Source: an uncultured Pirellulaceae bacterium (GTDB taxonomy: Bacteria; Planctomycetota; Planctomycetia; Pirellulales; Pirellulaceae). From it: a stretch of 64,000 bases of DNA. Where the stretch lies: NCBI GenBank assembly GCA_964588195.1, contig CAZPOL010000008.1:9801-73800 (forward strand). Reading direction: 5' to 3'. Under the pieces are notes generated by a model. It was not told the origin of the DNA. It made no database searches and saw only the letters and a program-made list of their open reading frames with translations. Both the position numbers and the translations under genes were made by a program. Below, in pieces: positions 27,963 through 37,335 of this stretch. Each line of letters opens with the position of its first letter. Position 1 is the stretch's first letter.

Positions 27963-28616
27963 ATGCCTATGTCGTTGCTTGCTAGCGCTGCACGCGCAGT
28001 TCTATTGTTGGTTTTGTTTGCTTTTCTCCCTCTCGTCAGTTCCGCGTCGGTCGTGCTGGACTCAGGCATCATCTCCGGGACGTCAGCGAACACTGGCAAT
28101 TTCATTGTTGCTTCTTCGCAATTCTCTTTGACCGCAGCAGATATTCCGAATGTCGAGTTGCTCGCCAATTTCGACATCATTGATGATGGAGTAGAGATCC
28201 GGGTCAACGGGCAAAGCCTGTTTCTGGCTCAGGAGCTGTCCCAATTTGGACCCCAGGATTTTCAGGTGACGGCCGTTCAACCTAACGACATTGAAAATCC
28301 ATGGTCTGCAAACATGAACGGACTACCAAGGTTGACGACGATTTCCAATCTTGGCGGCACCACGATGAACGGTTCTGTTACAACGGGGGCATCACAGGTA
28401 GTCGAGTATCTGCCAAACTTCCCGGTTCTGGACTTTACGACTCTACTAGAAGAGGGCGACAACACAATTGAATTCGTCAGCCACAATGGAGCGGGAGGCG
28501 CTTCACTGCAAGGCGACTTTACGGTGACCTTGAACGCAGTGCCTGAGCCAAGTACAGCACTGGCAGGGTTCGCCTTTCTGACCGCAATCATGGGTCGTCG
28601 CAGACGATCACGTTAA
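27963..28616 (+). CDS. PEP-CTERM sorting-domain protein
   Basis: Signal peptide MPMSLLASAARAVLLLVLFAFLPLVSSAS. The C-terminus VPEPSTALAGFAFLTAIMGRRRRSR shows the PEP motif, a TM helix and an Arg cluster. Confidence 0.85.
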   Translation: MPMSLLASAARAVLLLVLFAFLPLVSSASVVLDSGIISGTSANTGNFIVASSQFSLTAADIPNVELLANFDIIDDGVEIRVNGQSLFLAQELSQFGPQDFQVTAVQPNDIENPWSANMNGLPRLTTISNLGGTTMNGSVTTGASQVVEYLPNFPVLDFTTLLEEGDNTIEFVSHNGAGGASLQGDFTVTLNAVPEPSTALAGFAFLTAIMGRRRRSR

Positions 28617-28700
28617 GCGAGAAAAAGCTGCCGATAGGAAGTCACCACAGCGTCAACCAGCGCTTGGTGCGAGGCTTGGAGTTGGAGCCGAGCGGCTCAC

Positions 28701-29408
28701 TCAGGGTGAACCGGAATCGTCTTTGCCGGCCGCGGGGTCTGGCGGTTCGCTCTTCAAGGGAGTCACCCAGACGTGGACAACGTGTTCCTTCCTCTCCGGG
28801 TCGTCTTTCGACTGGATCTTTTCGATCCGATCAGGCTCGATTCGGTTCAGGCCCCAATCGTGAGATACGATTACTTTTCCGTCATCCAGCTCTCTTAGTT
28901 GCGGAATGAGTTTCTTGTTCATCCAGTCCAGCAGGTATAAGGTAATGACCGAGGCTTCGTTCATTTCGGCTTTGCTGATCTTGAAGATGTCCATCTGTTT
29001 GATTGTCACCAAATCTTCTACGCCCGCTTCCTTTACTCTTTGACGAGCCAGTTCGGCAAGCTCCTCGTCGTACTCGTAGCCGACGCCACGACATCCGAAT
29101 TGTTTTGCGGCGGTGATCACGATCCTTCCGTCCCCGCAACCGAGGTCATAGATCACGTCATCGGAATCCAGGTCGCTGACCGACAACATCAGGTCGACCA
29201 CATCTTTGGGCGATACGATGTACGGTGCATTTTTTCGATGGCCAGTAGGAGCTTTGGAGAGTTCTTCGTTTTGAGAGTTGAGATTCGCCTGGTACAGGAA
29301 GATGCCTGCGGCTACGACAAGTCCGAGCACAAACAGCACAACGCTGAACTTTGAAACGCCTCGGCGGCTGTGCGACAGGTGGCGGACGGGTTTCAGAAAA
29401 CTGGACAT
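28701..29408 (-). CDS. membrane-anchored class I SAM-dependent methyltransferase
   Basis: N-terminal TM FSVVLFVLGLVVAAGIFLY. Motif I VIYDLGCGDGRIVITAA, then GVGYEYD and the post-I acidic residue. Typical Rossmann methyltransferase layout. Confidence 0.85.
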   Translation of the reverse strand: MSSFLKPVRHLSHSRRGVSKFSVVLFVLGLVVAAGIFLYQANLNSQNEELSKAPTGHRKNAPYIVSPKDVVDLMLSVSDLDSDDVIYDLGCGDGRIVITAAKQFGCRGVGYEYDEELAELARQRVKEAGVEDLVTIKQMDIFKISKAEMNEASVITLYLLDWMNKKLIPQLRELDDGKVIVSHDWGLNRIEPDRIEKIQSKDDPERKEHVVHVWVTPLKSEPPDPAAGKDDSGSP

Positions 29409-29561
29409 GAATAGACCCTGACCGGTAAGAGGCGTTCGTTCGATGGGAATGAGTGGCCGACATCGCTGCGTCGGTCAGACCGGGATTGTATCACTGGATT
29501 GGTGTCGAATTCCAGTAAGAACTTCTACCCCGTGGTTCAGCTTTAGACTCGCGACTGGGCG

Positions 29562-32318
29562 TCAGACTTTGGCTTTTACGTTGGTCGTCAGAGCGGCTTC
29601 GATCAGCTCGTTGTGTTCGATGACGTGGGCTTTCATCGAGCCGGTCGACGGGCTGGCCGATTCGGGACGAGTCACGAAGTTTGCAAACGGCCAACGTCCG
29701 AAGAACGAGTTGCCGAAGTTAATGCGAATAAAGTTACAGGCTCCCATGTTCAAAGGCTCTTCCTGAACCCAGGTGACCGGGGTGCCATCCGGGTAAGCCG
29801 ACAGGGTTTCTTCCAGCTCCTTGAATGGAATTGGGTACAGCTGTTCCAATCGCACGATGGCAACGTTGTTGACGCCACGTTCCTCGCGTTCCTTGATCAA
29901 GTTGACCGCAATCTTGCCCGTCGCCAGGATGATTCGCGCCGGTTTGTTGATCTCTTTCAGCTTCGGGTCAGGCAGCACACGCTGGAATTTACCAGAGGTG
30001 AATTGATCGATGTCACAGGACACCATTGGGTCTCGCAGCAGGCTTTTGGGTGTCAACACCACCAGAGGCTTTCGCCATTTTCGTTTCACCTGACGACGCA
30101 GCAGGTGGAAGTAGTTGGCAGAGGTGGTGGGGCTGGCGATTTGGAAATTGTGTTCAGCCGTTTGGGTCAGGAAGCGTTCGACACGCGCACTGCAGTGTTC
30201 CGGGCCGGCACCTTCGAAGCCGTGAGGCAACAACATGACCAGGCCACTCAGTCGATTCCATTTGTCTTCGGCACTGGTGATGAACTGGTCGACGATCACC
30301 TGAGCGACATTGTAGAAGTCGCCGAACTGCGCCTCCCACAACACCAGCGACTCGGGTCGGTCCAGGCTGTATCCGTATTCGAAAGCAAGAACGCCGGTTT
30401 CACTAAGCGGGCTGTTGGTGATCGTGACCTCTGCCTGGTCCTTGGCAAGATGGTCAATCGGAGCGTATTGGGCTCCGGTTTCACCATCATGCAGGTTGGC
30501 GTGCCGTTGGCTGAACGTGCCACGTTCGACGTCCTGACCCGTCATGCGAATCGGGTGGCCTTCCAGGCAGAGTGTTCCGAAAGCGGCCAGTTCGGCAGTC
30601 GCCCAGTTGATTGGCATGCTGCCGTCGGCCATCTTGCGGCGTTGTTCGTAGATCCTCGCGAGTTTTCGATTGATCGCGAAGTCAGCAGGCAGTTCGGTCA
30701 ATCTGGACAGCGTGAACGTTAGCTGTCCAGTGGCAACGCCGGTATCAACATCGTCATTGTCGCGTTCTTTGCCGCCATAGTAATCCTGCCAGTAGCCGCC
30801 CAGTGATTGAGTGTCGGGTTCGAAGGACCGTTGCTTGGCCGAGTCGAATTCGGCCTGCAAGGTTTCGTATCGTTTCTCGGCGATGGCGTCACCTTCTTCC
30901 CGCGTGACCTCGCCCAGTTTGGTTAGTTGGTCCAGATAGCTTTCGCGAATCGTTGGCCGCGCGTCAATCGCCTTGTACATTTCTGGTTGAGTAAAGCGTG
31001 GCTCGTCCGTCTCGTTGTGCCCGTGTCGACGGTAACAGTACATGTCGATCACAACATCGCGTTGGAAACGGTGGCGGAATTCCATCGCCAGTTCCACGAC
31101 CTGGGCGACGGCTTCGGGGTCTTCGCCATTGACGTGGAAGATCGGGATTTGCAGCATCTTGGCCACGTCGCTGGCATATGTCGTGCTGCGACCTTCCGAG
31201 GCAACGGTCGTGAAGCCAACCTGGTTGTTCAGGATGACGTGCAATGTTCCGCCGACTTTGTAGCTGCCGAGTTGGCTAAGGTTCAGCGTCTCCTGCACGA
31301 TCCCTTCACCGGCAAACGCGGCGTCACCGTGAATCAGGATCGTCATTACTTTTCCGTGATCCCGGTCGGCGATCCGATCCTGTTTGGCTCGACAGCGACC
31401 CATGGCGACCGTGTTGACGAATTCCAGGTGGCTGGGATTGAAACAGAGGCTGATGTGCATCTGTTTGCCGGCGCTGGTCACCCAATCGCTACTGTGTCCC
31501 ATGTGGTACAGGACATCGCCACCGCCGCGACTGGCATCGGGGTTGGGGTCGTCGAAAGACCAGAAGATGTTTTCGGCGCGCTTGCCCATGATGTTGGCCA
31601 GCACGTTCAGGCGTCCTCGGTGGGCCATGCCCAGCACGACTTCGACATTGCCATGTTGTCCTGCTTTTTCGAGTGCCAGGTCCAGCAGCGGGATAAGCGT
31701 TTCGCCACCTTCCAGAGAAAACGTCTTCGCGCCCATGAACTTCTTGCGCATGAATTCTTCAAGGATGGTGGCGTCGGTCAGGCGAGTCAGGATTCTCAAC
31801 TGCATTTCGCGACTGAGTTCGATTCGATTCTGAGTCCCTTCCATTCTTTTCTGCAGCCATGCACGGACGGAGTGGTCGTCGATGTGCATAAACTGGGCGC
31901 CGATGCTGCGACAGTAGGTCGCCCGCAGACGCTCCACGATTTCTCGCAGCGTCATAAAGTTTTCGCCGTGGATGGTCCGTGCTGAAAAGCGTTTCTCCAT
32001 ATCGGTCGGCAGCAGGGAGTAGGCTTCCAGGTTCAGTTCGCGGTTGGTCGGTCGCGGCATGTTCAGCGGATCGATACGGGCTTCCAGATGACCGCGCACT
32101 CGAAAGCCTCGGATCATTTGATCGACACGATCTTGCAGCTGCGCGACGGACTCAGCGCCACGCGTTGCTGCGGAACCGACCGAGGCAGGTCCTGTGGACT
32201 CCGAGCTGGAATCGTCAAAGGTATCAAAGTACTCCCGCCAATCGGGCGAAACGCTGGCGGGGTCTTCCTGGTATTTTTGGTAAAGCGATTCGACGTAGTC
32301 GTGACTAAAGACGTTCAT
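29562..32318 (-). CDS. sucA: 2-oxoglutarate dehydrogenase E1 component
   Basis: N-terminus MNVFSHDYVESLYQKYQEDPASVSPDWREYF. Blocks RGHLEARIDPL, GMAHRGRLNVL, IHGDAAFAGEG, NNQVGFTT and LLPHGFEGAGPEHCSAR(V)ERFL are diagnostic of SucA/OGDH E1. I chose the ATG at 32318 (ORF extends to 32333). Confidence 0.93.
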   Translation of the reverse strand: MNVFSHDYVESLYQKYQEDPASVSPDWREYFDTFDDSSSESTGPASVGSAATRGAESVAQLQDRVDQMIRGFRVRGHLEARIDPLNMPRPTNRELNLEAYSLLPTDMEKRFSARTIHGENFMTLREIVERLRATYCRSIGAQFMHIDDHSVRAWLQKRMEGTQNRIELSREMQLRILTRLTDATILEEFMRKKFMGAKTFSLEGGETLIPLLDLALEKAGQHGNVEVVLGMAHRGRLNVLANIMGKRAENIFWSFDDPNPDASRGGGDVLYHMGHSSDWVTSAGKQMHISLCFNPSHLEFVNTVAMGRCRAKQDRIADRDHGKVMTILIHGDAAFAGEGIVQETLNLSQLGSYKVGGTLHVILNNQVGFTTVASEGRSTTYASDVAKMLQIPIFHVNGEDPEAVAQVVELAMEFRHRFQRDVVIDMYCYRRHGHNETDEPRFTQPEMYKAIDARPTIRESYLDQLTKLGEVTREEGDAIAEKRYETLQAEFDSAKQRSFEPDTQSLGGYWQDYYGGKERDNDDVDTGVATGQLTFTLSRLTELPADFAINRKLARIYEQRRKMADGSMPINWATAELAAFGTLCLEGHPIRMTGQDVERGTFSQRHANLHDGETGAQYAPIDHLAKDQAEVTITNSPLSETGVLAFEYGYSLDRPESLVLWEAQFGDFYNVAQVIVDQFITSAEDKWNRLSGLVMLLPHGFEGAGPEHCSARVERFLTQTAEHNFQIASPTTSANYFHLLRRQVKRKWRKPLVVLTPKSLLRDPMVSCDIDQFTSGKFQRVLPDPKLKEINKPARIILATGKIAVNLIKEREERGVNNVAIVRLEQLYPIPFKELEETLSAYPDGTPVTWVQEEPLNMGACNFIRINFGNSFFGRWPFANFVTRPESASPSTGSMKAHVIEHNELIEAALTTNVKAKV

Positions 32319-32886
32319 CCGATAGCAAGCCAATCAAATAGAAAGTGGATTGGCCATTCCTTTGGGATAGAGATTCAGAGATCCAGAATTCAGGTGCGTG
32401 GTTCGAAACTGATCCGATCAGTTCAAGTGAGCATTCAGGTTGTGCAACCAAACCGCCACACAAACAAGCAAAAATCAAGGGTAACAATCACGGACAACAA
32501 TCGCCGCGGACAACAATCACCATAGGCGCTGAATCCATTCGGGAGACTTGCAGTCGGAACCGCCGAAAAATCCAGGGTTGAGCGGAATGGTCCGATGGCA
32601 ATTGAAAGTGAATTCTCGCAAAAAACGCAGAGTTGGCAAACGGATGTTGCCGGATTTTGCCCGATAATATCAGGAAAATTAGCGGGTGACTGACCGAGTT
32701 GGCAGACCGAGAACTGACCGAGTTTGTGATTCGGCACGGCCAACCGAGTGGCTCGATCGCTTGATTGGTTGCTTGAGTCGGCTTTCCGGCGGACAATCCA
32801 GCCAATATCCTGTTGGTTTGAGCGAATGTAAAAGAACGGACCAATGAAGCACAATTCGCGACGCGACCCTCTGCAGAAAGATACAA

Positions 32887-33549
32887 ATGTCTGATTATCA
32901 GAAGCCGGAGCTTGGTGACCAATACGGAACAGAGCCGGGTGCCTACGACAATACCTACGACGCTCCGCCGGAAAAGACCGGGATGTCCGGCTGTTTGAAA
33001 GTCTTTTTGATCTTCGGTGGTTTGGGTATCGTCGCTCTGTTGGTTTGTTGCGTCGGTGGCGGGCTTTACCTAAGAAGTGCTGCAACAAGGGAGCCTGCCG
33101 AGATTCGCGAGATCGCTTCCCGGATTCTGGATTGGGAATTCAATGACGAGCTTGATCCGCAAGTAGGTGTCGACTTATTGGGTGCATTTCGAATTGCGGT
33201 TTTCGTGAGTCCTGACAAGGGCATGATCATGATGTTCGATACCAAATTTGCCACCGATGCCAAACAGATGGCCCAGGGGATGCAGGGGCAAGTCAATCAA
33301 GGCAACGCGCAGGCCGAGATGTCCGAGGAAACCGAGATCATCGAAGAAGGGCAGGAACCGGTGGAGATCAAGGGCCAGATTTATGATCTGGAGTTCAACA
33401 AGTCCCGTGGCAAAGATTCTGGCCAGGAGTATTGGGAGGTCTTTGGGATCGTGCCTGGCGAAGAATTCGGCACGGTGTTGACGATGAAGTTGTTGGCGGA
33501 TGTCTATGACAAGGAAACGATTCTGGAGCGGTTACGCAATCTTGACTAG
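32887..33549 (+). CDS. membrane-anchored hypothetical protein
   Basis: 220-aa ORF with a single TM (CLKVFLIFGGLGIVALLVCCVGGGLYL) after a Y/D/P-rich N-terminus. No recognisable family. Confidence 0.55.
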   Translation: MSDYQKPELGDQYGTEPGAYDNTYDAPPEKTGMSGCLKVFLIFGGLGIVALLVCCVGGGLYLRSAATREPAEIREIASRILDWEFNDELDPQVGVDLLGAFRIAVFVSPDKGMIMMFDTKFATDAKQMAQGMQGQVNQGNAQAEMSEETEIIEEGQEPVEIKGQIYDLEFNKSRGKDSGQEYWEVFGIVPGEEFGTVLTMKLLADVYDKETILERLRNLD

Positions 33550-33720
33550 TTGACCGTTTCGTGATGGTCCTGGCCTTCACAAACGCCTGGATATAACGCC
33601 ACTCCGGACATTGTCTGTGGTTGTCTGAGTGGCGTTTCTGAATTACGATCATCGGCGTATTTGGACGGTAAACACCGCCCAAAACCCAACCCGTTCAAAA
33701 GACGAAACCGGTTCCGCCTG

Positions 33721-35277
33721 ATGCTTGTTGCCATACCGCAAGAAAACAGCGACGACGAATGTCGAGTCGCTGCGACGCCCGCCTCTGTAAAGAAAATGAT
33801 CGCTCTGGGATACGACGTGCTTGTGGAAAGCGGTTGTGGCCAGCGTGCCAATTTTCTGGATAGCCAATACGAAAAAGCCGGAGCGGAAGTGACTTCCGAT
33901 GGCGGCAAGATCTGGTCGCAAGGCGATATCGTCGTCACGATCGCCCCGCCCTCCTCGCGCGAACTGGACCAGATGAAGTCCGGCGCGGCACTGATCGGAT
34001 TTATCTGGCCGGCCAAGAATGAGCAGCTGTTAACGGCTCTGAAGAACAAAAACATTTCTGCGTTGGCGATGGACTGTGTGCCACGAATTTCGCGAGCCCA
34101 AAAGATGGACGCGTTAAGTTCGATGGCCAATATCGCCGGCTACCGTGCGGTCGTCGAAGCGGCCAACCACTTCGGAAGCTTCTTCACGGGCCAAATTACG
34201 GCGGCCGGAAAAGTGCCTCCCGCCAAAGTGTTGGTGATCGGTGCCGGAGTCGCTGGACTTTCGGCGATCGGAACTGCCAAGAGCATGGGAGCGATCGTAC
34301 GTGCCTTTGATACAAGGTTGGCGGTCAAGGAACAGGTCGAGAGTATGGGCGCCGATTTCCTGGAACTGGAGTTCGAGGAGTCCGGCGAAGGTGCTGGTGG
34401 CTACGCCAAGACGATGAGTCCCGAATTTATCAAGGCCGAGATGGAGCTGTTCGCCGACCAGGCCAAAGAGGTCGATATCATCGTCACCACGGCTCTGATC
34501 CCGAACAAACCGGCACCGAAATTGGTGACCGCCGAGATGGTCAAGATGATGAAGCCGGGCAGCGTGATTGTCGACCTGGCGGCCGAAAATGGTGGCAATT
34601 GTGAACTGACTCAACACGGAAAGGTCGTTCGCGAACACGATGTGACGATCATCGGTTACAGCGATTTGCCCAGCCGTTTGCCGACTCAATCCTCGACGCT
34701 CTACGGAAACAACGTGGTCAATCTGTTGACCGATATGACCAAGGAAAAGGATGGCAACCTGAAGATCGACCTGGAAGACCAGGTCGTACGCGGTGCGTTG
34801 GTGGCTCACGATGGTGGCGTCACCTGGCCACCTCCGGCGATCGAGCCATCGCCGACGGCCGTCGCCAAAAAGGAAACTCCCGCGGAAACGGTTGCCGCCG
34901 AAGCCGGTCCTGAATCACGATCATTTATGCAGCAATGGGGCGCGACCTTGATCGGGTTGCCATTGGCTCTTTTGACGCTTTGGTTGGTCGCTCAATATGC
35001 ACCGCCGGCGTTCGTCAAACAGCTGACGGTGTTCGCGCTGGCCTGTTTCGTCGGGTTTCAGGTGGTTTGGAACGTGACTCCCGCTTTGCATACGCCTTTG
35101 ATGAGTGTTACCAACGCCATCAGCGGAATCATCGTGCTGGGGGCCATCTTGCAAATGGACAGCAATTTTTCCTTCGCGACAGTCTTTGCATTTGTCGCTG
35201 TGTTAATCGCCACGATCAATATCGCAGGCGGCTTTTGGGTCACTCATCGCATGCTTGCCATGTTTCGTAAGGACTAG
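33721..35277 (+). CDS. pntA: NAD(P) transhydrogenase alpha subunit (dI plus membrane dII-alpha fused)
   Basis: [26 protein letters not shown]..., the Rossmann motif [22 protein letters not shown], and a C-terminal 4-TM segment ending ...[16 protein letters not shown]. Adjacent to pntB. Confidence 0.92.
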   Translation: MLVAIPQENSDDECRVAATPASVKKMIALGYDVLVESGCGQRANFLDSQYEKAGAEVTSDGGKIWSQGDIVVTIAPPSSRELDQMKSGAALIGFIWPAKNEQLLTALKNKNISALAMDCVPRISRAQKMDALSSMANIAGYRAVVEAANHFGSFFTGQITAAGKVPPAKVLVIGAGVAGLSAIGTAKSMGAIVRAFDTRLAVKEQVESMGADFLELEFEESGEGAGGYAKTMSPEFIKAEMELFADQAKEVDIIVTTALIPNKPAPKLVTAEMVKMMKPGSVIVDLAAENGGNCELTQHGKVVREHDVTIIGYSDLPSRLPTQSSTLYGNNVVNLLTDMTKEKDGNLKIDLEDQVVRGALVAHDGGVTWPPPAIEPSPTAVAKKETPAETVAAEAGPESRSFMQQWGATLIGLPLALLTLWLVAQYAPPAFVKQLTVFALACFVGFQVVWNVTPALHTPLMSVTNAISGIIVLGAILQMDSNFSFATVFAFVAVLIATINIAGGFWVTHRMLAMFRKD

Positions 35278-35280
35278 TTG

Positions 35281-36810
35281 ATGCTTTCGAATTTGAATAT
35301 TTTGGCCTTGGTTACTCAAGAAGTTGAGCATGGCGAAGCTGCGGAAACCCTTCAGTCTGTCGGCACAGGTCTACACAATTTCCTGACGGAAAATACTCTG
35401 CAACTGGCATTCCTGGCCGCCGGGATTCTGTTCATCCTTAGCCTCGGCGGACTCAGCAAGCACGAATCGGCTCGCCGTGGTAACTGGTACGGCATCGTCG
35501 GTATTGTGATTGCCATCAGCGCCCTGCTGTTTTTCGGTGGTGGCGTGATTCAGGGTGGCTATATCGGAATCGTGATCGCGCTGGTGATTGGTTCGGCGAT
35601 CGGGATATTTATTGCTTCGAAAGTCGAAATGACTTCGATGCCGCAGTTGGTCGCGATCCTGCACAGCTTTGTGGGGTTGGCGGCGGTGCTGGTGGGCCTG
35701 AGTAACTGGCTGGTGCACGGCGATCATCAATTGAATTTCGCAGCCAGAAATGAGAGCTTGATTCACCAGATCGAAGTCTTCCTTGGCGTATTCATTGGTG
35801 GCCTGACGTTTACGGGCTCGATTGTTGCTTTTGGCAAGTTGGACGGAAAGATTTCCAGCAAGCCGTTGATGTTGCCGCACCGTCACCTGTTGAATCTGGC
35901 GATGCTGGTCATTTGCCTGTTGTTGGGCGTCTGGTTTATGAACTGTAACACTGTCGGTTACGGCATGCTTCCGTTGATTCTGATGACACTGATTTCGTTT
36001 GTCGTGGGAGCACACCTGGTCATGGCGATCGGTGGTGCGGACATGCCAGTTGTCGTTTCGATGCTGAATAGTTACAGCGGTTGGGCGGCCGCGGCGATGG
36101 GGTTCCTGTTGCCCAACGATTTGTTGATTGTGACGGGTGCGATCGTTGGAAGTAGCGGTGCGATTCTCAGTTACATCATGTGTGCCGCCATGAACCGCTC
36201 GTTTATCAGCGTTATTCTGGGAGGATTCGGATCGGACGGCGGAGCACCTGCTGCGGCCGCTGCCGGATCGGGCGAGCAATTAACGTACAACGAAATGCAA
36301 GCCGAAGAGGTGGCCGAGGCATTGCGAGACGCTCAAAATGTGATCATCGTTCCAGGCTATGGCATGGCGGTGGCTCAGGCTCAGCATCCGATTCGCGAAG
36401 TCACCGAGGTGCTGAAAAAGAACGGCACGACGACTCGCTTCGCAATTCACCCCGTGGCCGGTCGTTTGCCTGGTCACATGAATGTTCTGCTGGCCGAATC
36501 TCGAGTCCCCTACGATGTGGTGTTGGAGATGGAAGAGATCAATGAAGACTTCCCGGAGACCGACGTGGTGCTGGTCATCGGTGCCAACGATATCGTTAAT
36601 CCCTCAGCCGAAACGGATACCTCAAGTCCCATCTACGGGATGCCCGTTTTGCAAGCCTGGAAGTCGGCTCAGGTAGTGATCCTGAAACGAAGTATGGGCA
36701 CCGGTTATTCCGGAATCGACAACCCGTTGTTCTACAACGACAACTCAGCAATGTTGTTCGGCGATGCCAAGTCAAGTGTCGACAAGATTCTACAAAGCCT
36801 GAAGTCGTAG
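35281..36810 (+). CDS. pntB: NAD(P) transhydrogenase beta subunit
   Basis: [23 protein letters not shown] is the conserved PntB N-terminal helix. The NADP(H) domain shows [35 protein letters not shown] and [10 protein letters not shown]. If this start is right there is an N-terminal extension of ~20-35 aa relative to enterobacterial PntB. Confidence 0.92.
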   Translation: MLSNLNILALVTQEVEHGEAAETLQSVGTGLHNFLTENTLQLAFLAAGILFILSLGGLSKHESARRGNWYGIVGIVIAISALLFFGGGVIQGGYIGIVIALVIGSAIGIFIASKVEMTSMPQLVAILHSFVGLAAVLVGLSNWLVHGDHQLNFAARNESLIHQIEVFLGVFIGGLTFTGSIVAFGKLDGKISSKPLMLPHRHLLNLAMLVICLLLGVWFMNCNTVGYGMLPLILMTLISFVVGAHLVMAIGGADMPVVVSMLNSYSGWAAAAMGFLLPNDLLIVTGAIVGSSGAILSYIMCAAMNRSFISVILGGFGSDGGAPAAAAAGSGEQLTYNEMQAEEVAEALRDAQNVIIVPGYGMAVAQAQHPIREVTEVLKKNGTTTRFAIHPVAGRLPGHMNVLLAESRVPYDVVLEMEEINEDFPETDVVLVIGANDIVNPSAETDTSSPIYGMPVLQAWKSAQVVILKRSMGTGYSGIDNPLFYNDNSAMLFGDAKSSVDKILQSLKS

Positions 36811-36828
36811 AGGCGCGGGCGTCAGGCA

Positions 36829-36905
36829 CCGTTTAACGACGAGCCGGCAGGCGACGGAGTTTTGCAGCCAGCCATTCGCCTACACCTGCCGGCTCGTCGT
36901 TAAAC
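36829..36905 (+). repeat. 77-nt hairpin repeat, copy 1 (REP-like)
   Basis: ccgtttaacgacgagccggcaggcg...(29-nt loop)...cacctgccggctcgtcgttaaac has a 23-bp stem with one mismatch. It starts 19 nt after the pntB stop. It is identical to copy 2 except for one base. Confidence 0.85.
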
Positions 36906-36915
36906 AGGAGTTCCT

Positions 36916-37185
36916 ATGGTTCATGGTTACCATTTGATTCTGCCGATGTATGGATTCTGGTTGCCAAACGATCCACTTGGTTCCTGGTCCGAATATGTGC
37001 GACGGTGGGAGCCGATGTGGGCGGCGCAGCAATGGAAGGTTTACCTGGATAGCGAAACTGCGATTGAGGAAGCGATCCATTACGTTGAATCGAATCCGGA
37101 GAAGGAGGGTAAACCTCGCCAAAACTGGTCGTTTGTTACGCCGTTTGCAGGCTTGAGTAAGGGTGGGCAGACGACGTATCACTAA
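36916..37185 (+). CDS. 89-aa Y1-transposase (IS200/RAYT)-related mini-protein lacking the central catalytic region
   Basis: The N-terminus YHLILPMYGFWLPNDPLGSWSEYV and the C-terminus AIHYVESNPEKEGKPRQNWSFVTPF resemble the first strand and the YIxxNPxKxG...W tail of REP-associated tyrosine transposase-like proteins. No HUH motif is visible. aggag lies 6 nt upstream of the ATG. The ORF is bracketed exactly by the two hairpin repeats. Confidence 0.5.
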   Translation: MVHGYHLILPMYGFWLPNDPLGSWSEYVRRWEPMWAAQQWKVYLDSETAIEEAIHYVESNPEKEGKPRQNWSFVTPFAGLSKGGQTTYH

Positions 37186-37263
37186 CCGTTTAACGACGAG
37201 CCGGCAGGCGACGGAGTTTTGCAGCCAGCCATTCGCCTACGCCTGCCGGCTCGTCGTTAAACG
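37186..37263 (+). repeat. 77-nt hairpin repeat, copy 2 (REP-like)
   Basis: It starts at the base after the TAA of the mini-ORF. Perfect 23-bp stem gtttaacgacgagccggcaggcg / cgcctgccggctcgtcgttaaac with the same loop as copy 1. Confidence 0.85.
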
Positions 37264-37267
37264 GGCA

Positions 37268-37311
37268 ATAAAAAAGCCGACCAGGTATAACCGGGTCGGC
37301 TTTCGTTTTTT
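37268..37311. terminator. bidirectional rho-independent terminator
   Basis: aataaaaaagccgacc-aggtataaccg-ggtcggctttcgtttttt has a 10-bp stem with an A-run upstream and a T-run downstream. It lies between convergent genes, with the peptidase stop at 37336. Confidence 0.75.
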
Positions 37312-37335
37312 GCAGGACTCTTCAGCTAGATCACC

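Noticed and set aside
36880-37182. 100-aa minus-strand ORF overlapping the RAYT-like mini-ORF.
   Set aside because: The plus-strand frame carries recognisable Y1-transposase-like end motifs, an SD and boundaries that coincide exactly with the flanking repeats. The minus-strand product (R/L/P-rich) has no such support.
36829-37263. Possible CRISPR array (two identical 77-nt repeats).
   Set aside because: There are only two copies and the repeats are far longer than CRISPR repeats. The 280-nt spacer is an ORF, and no cas genes are present. A REP/hairpin element is the better explanation.
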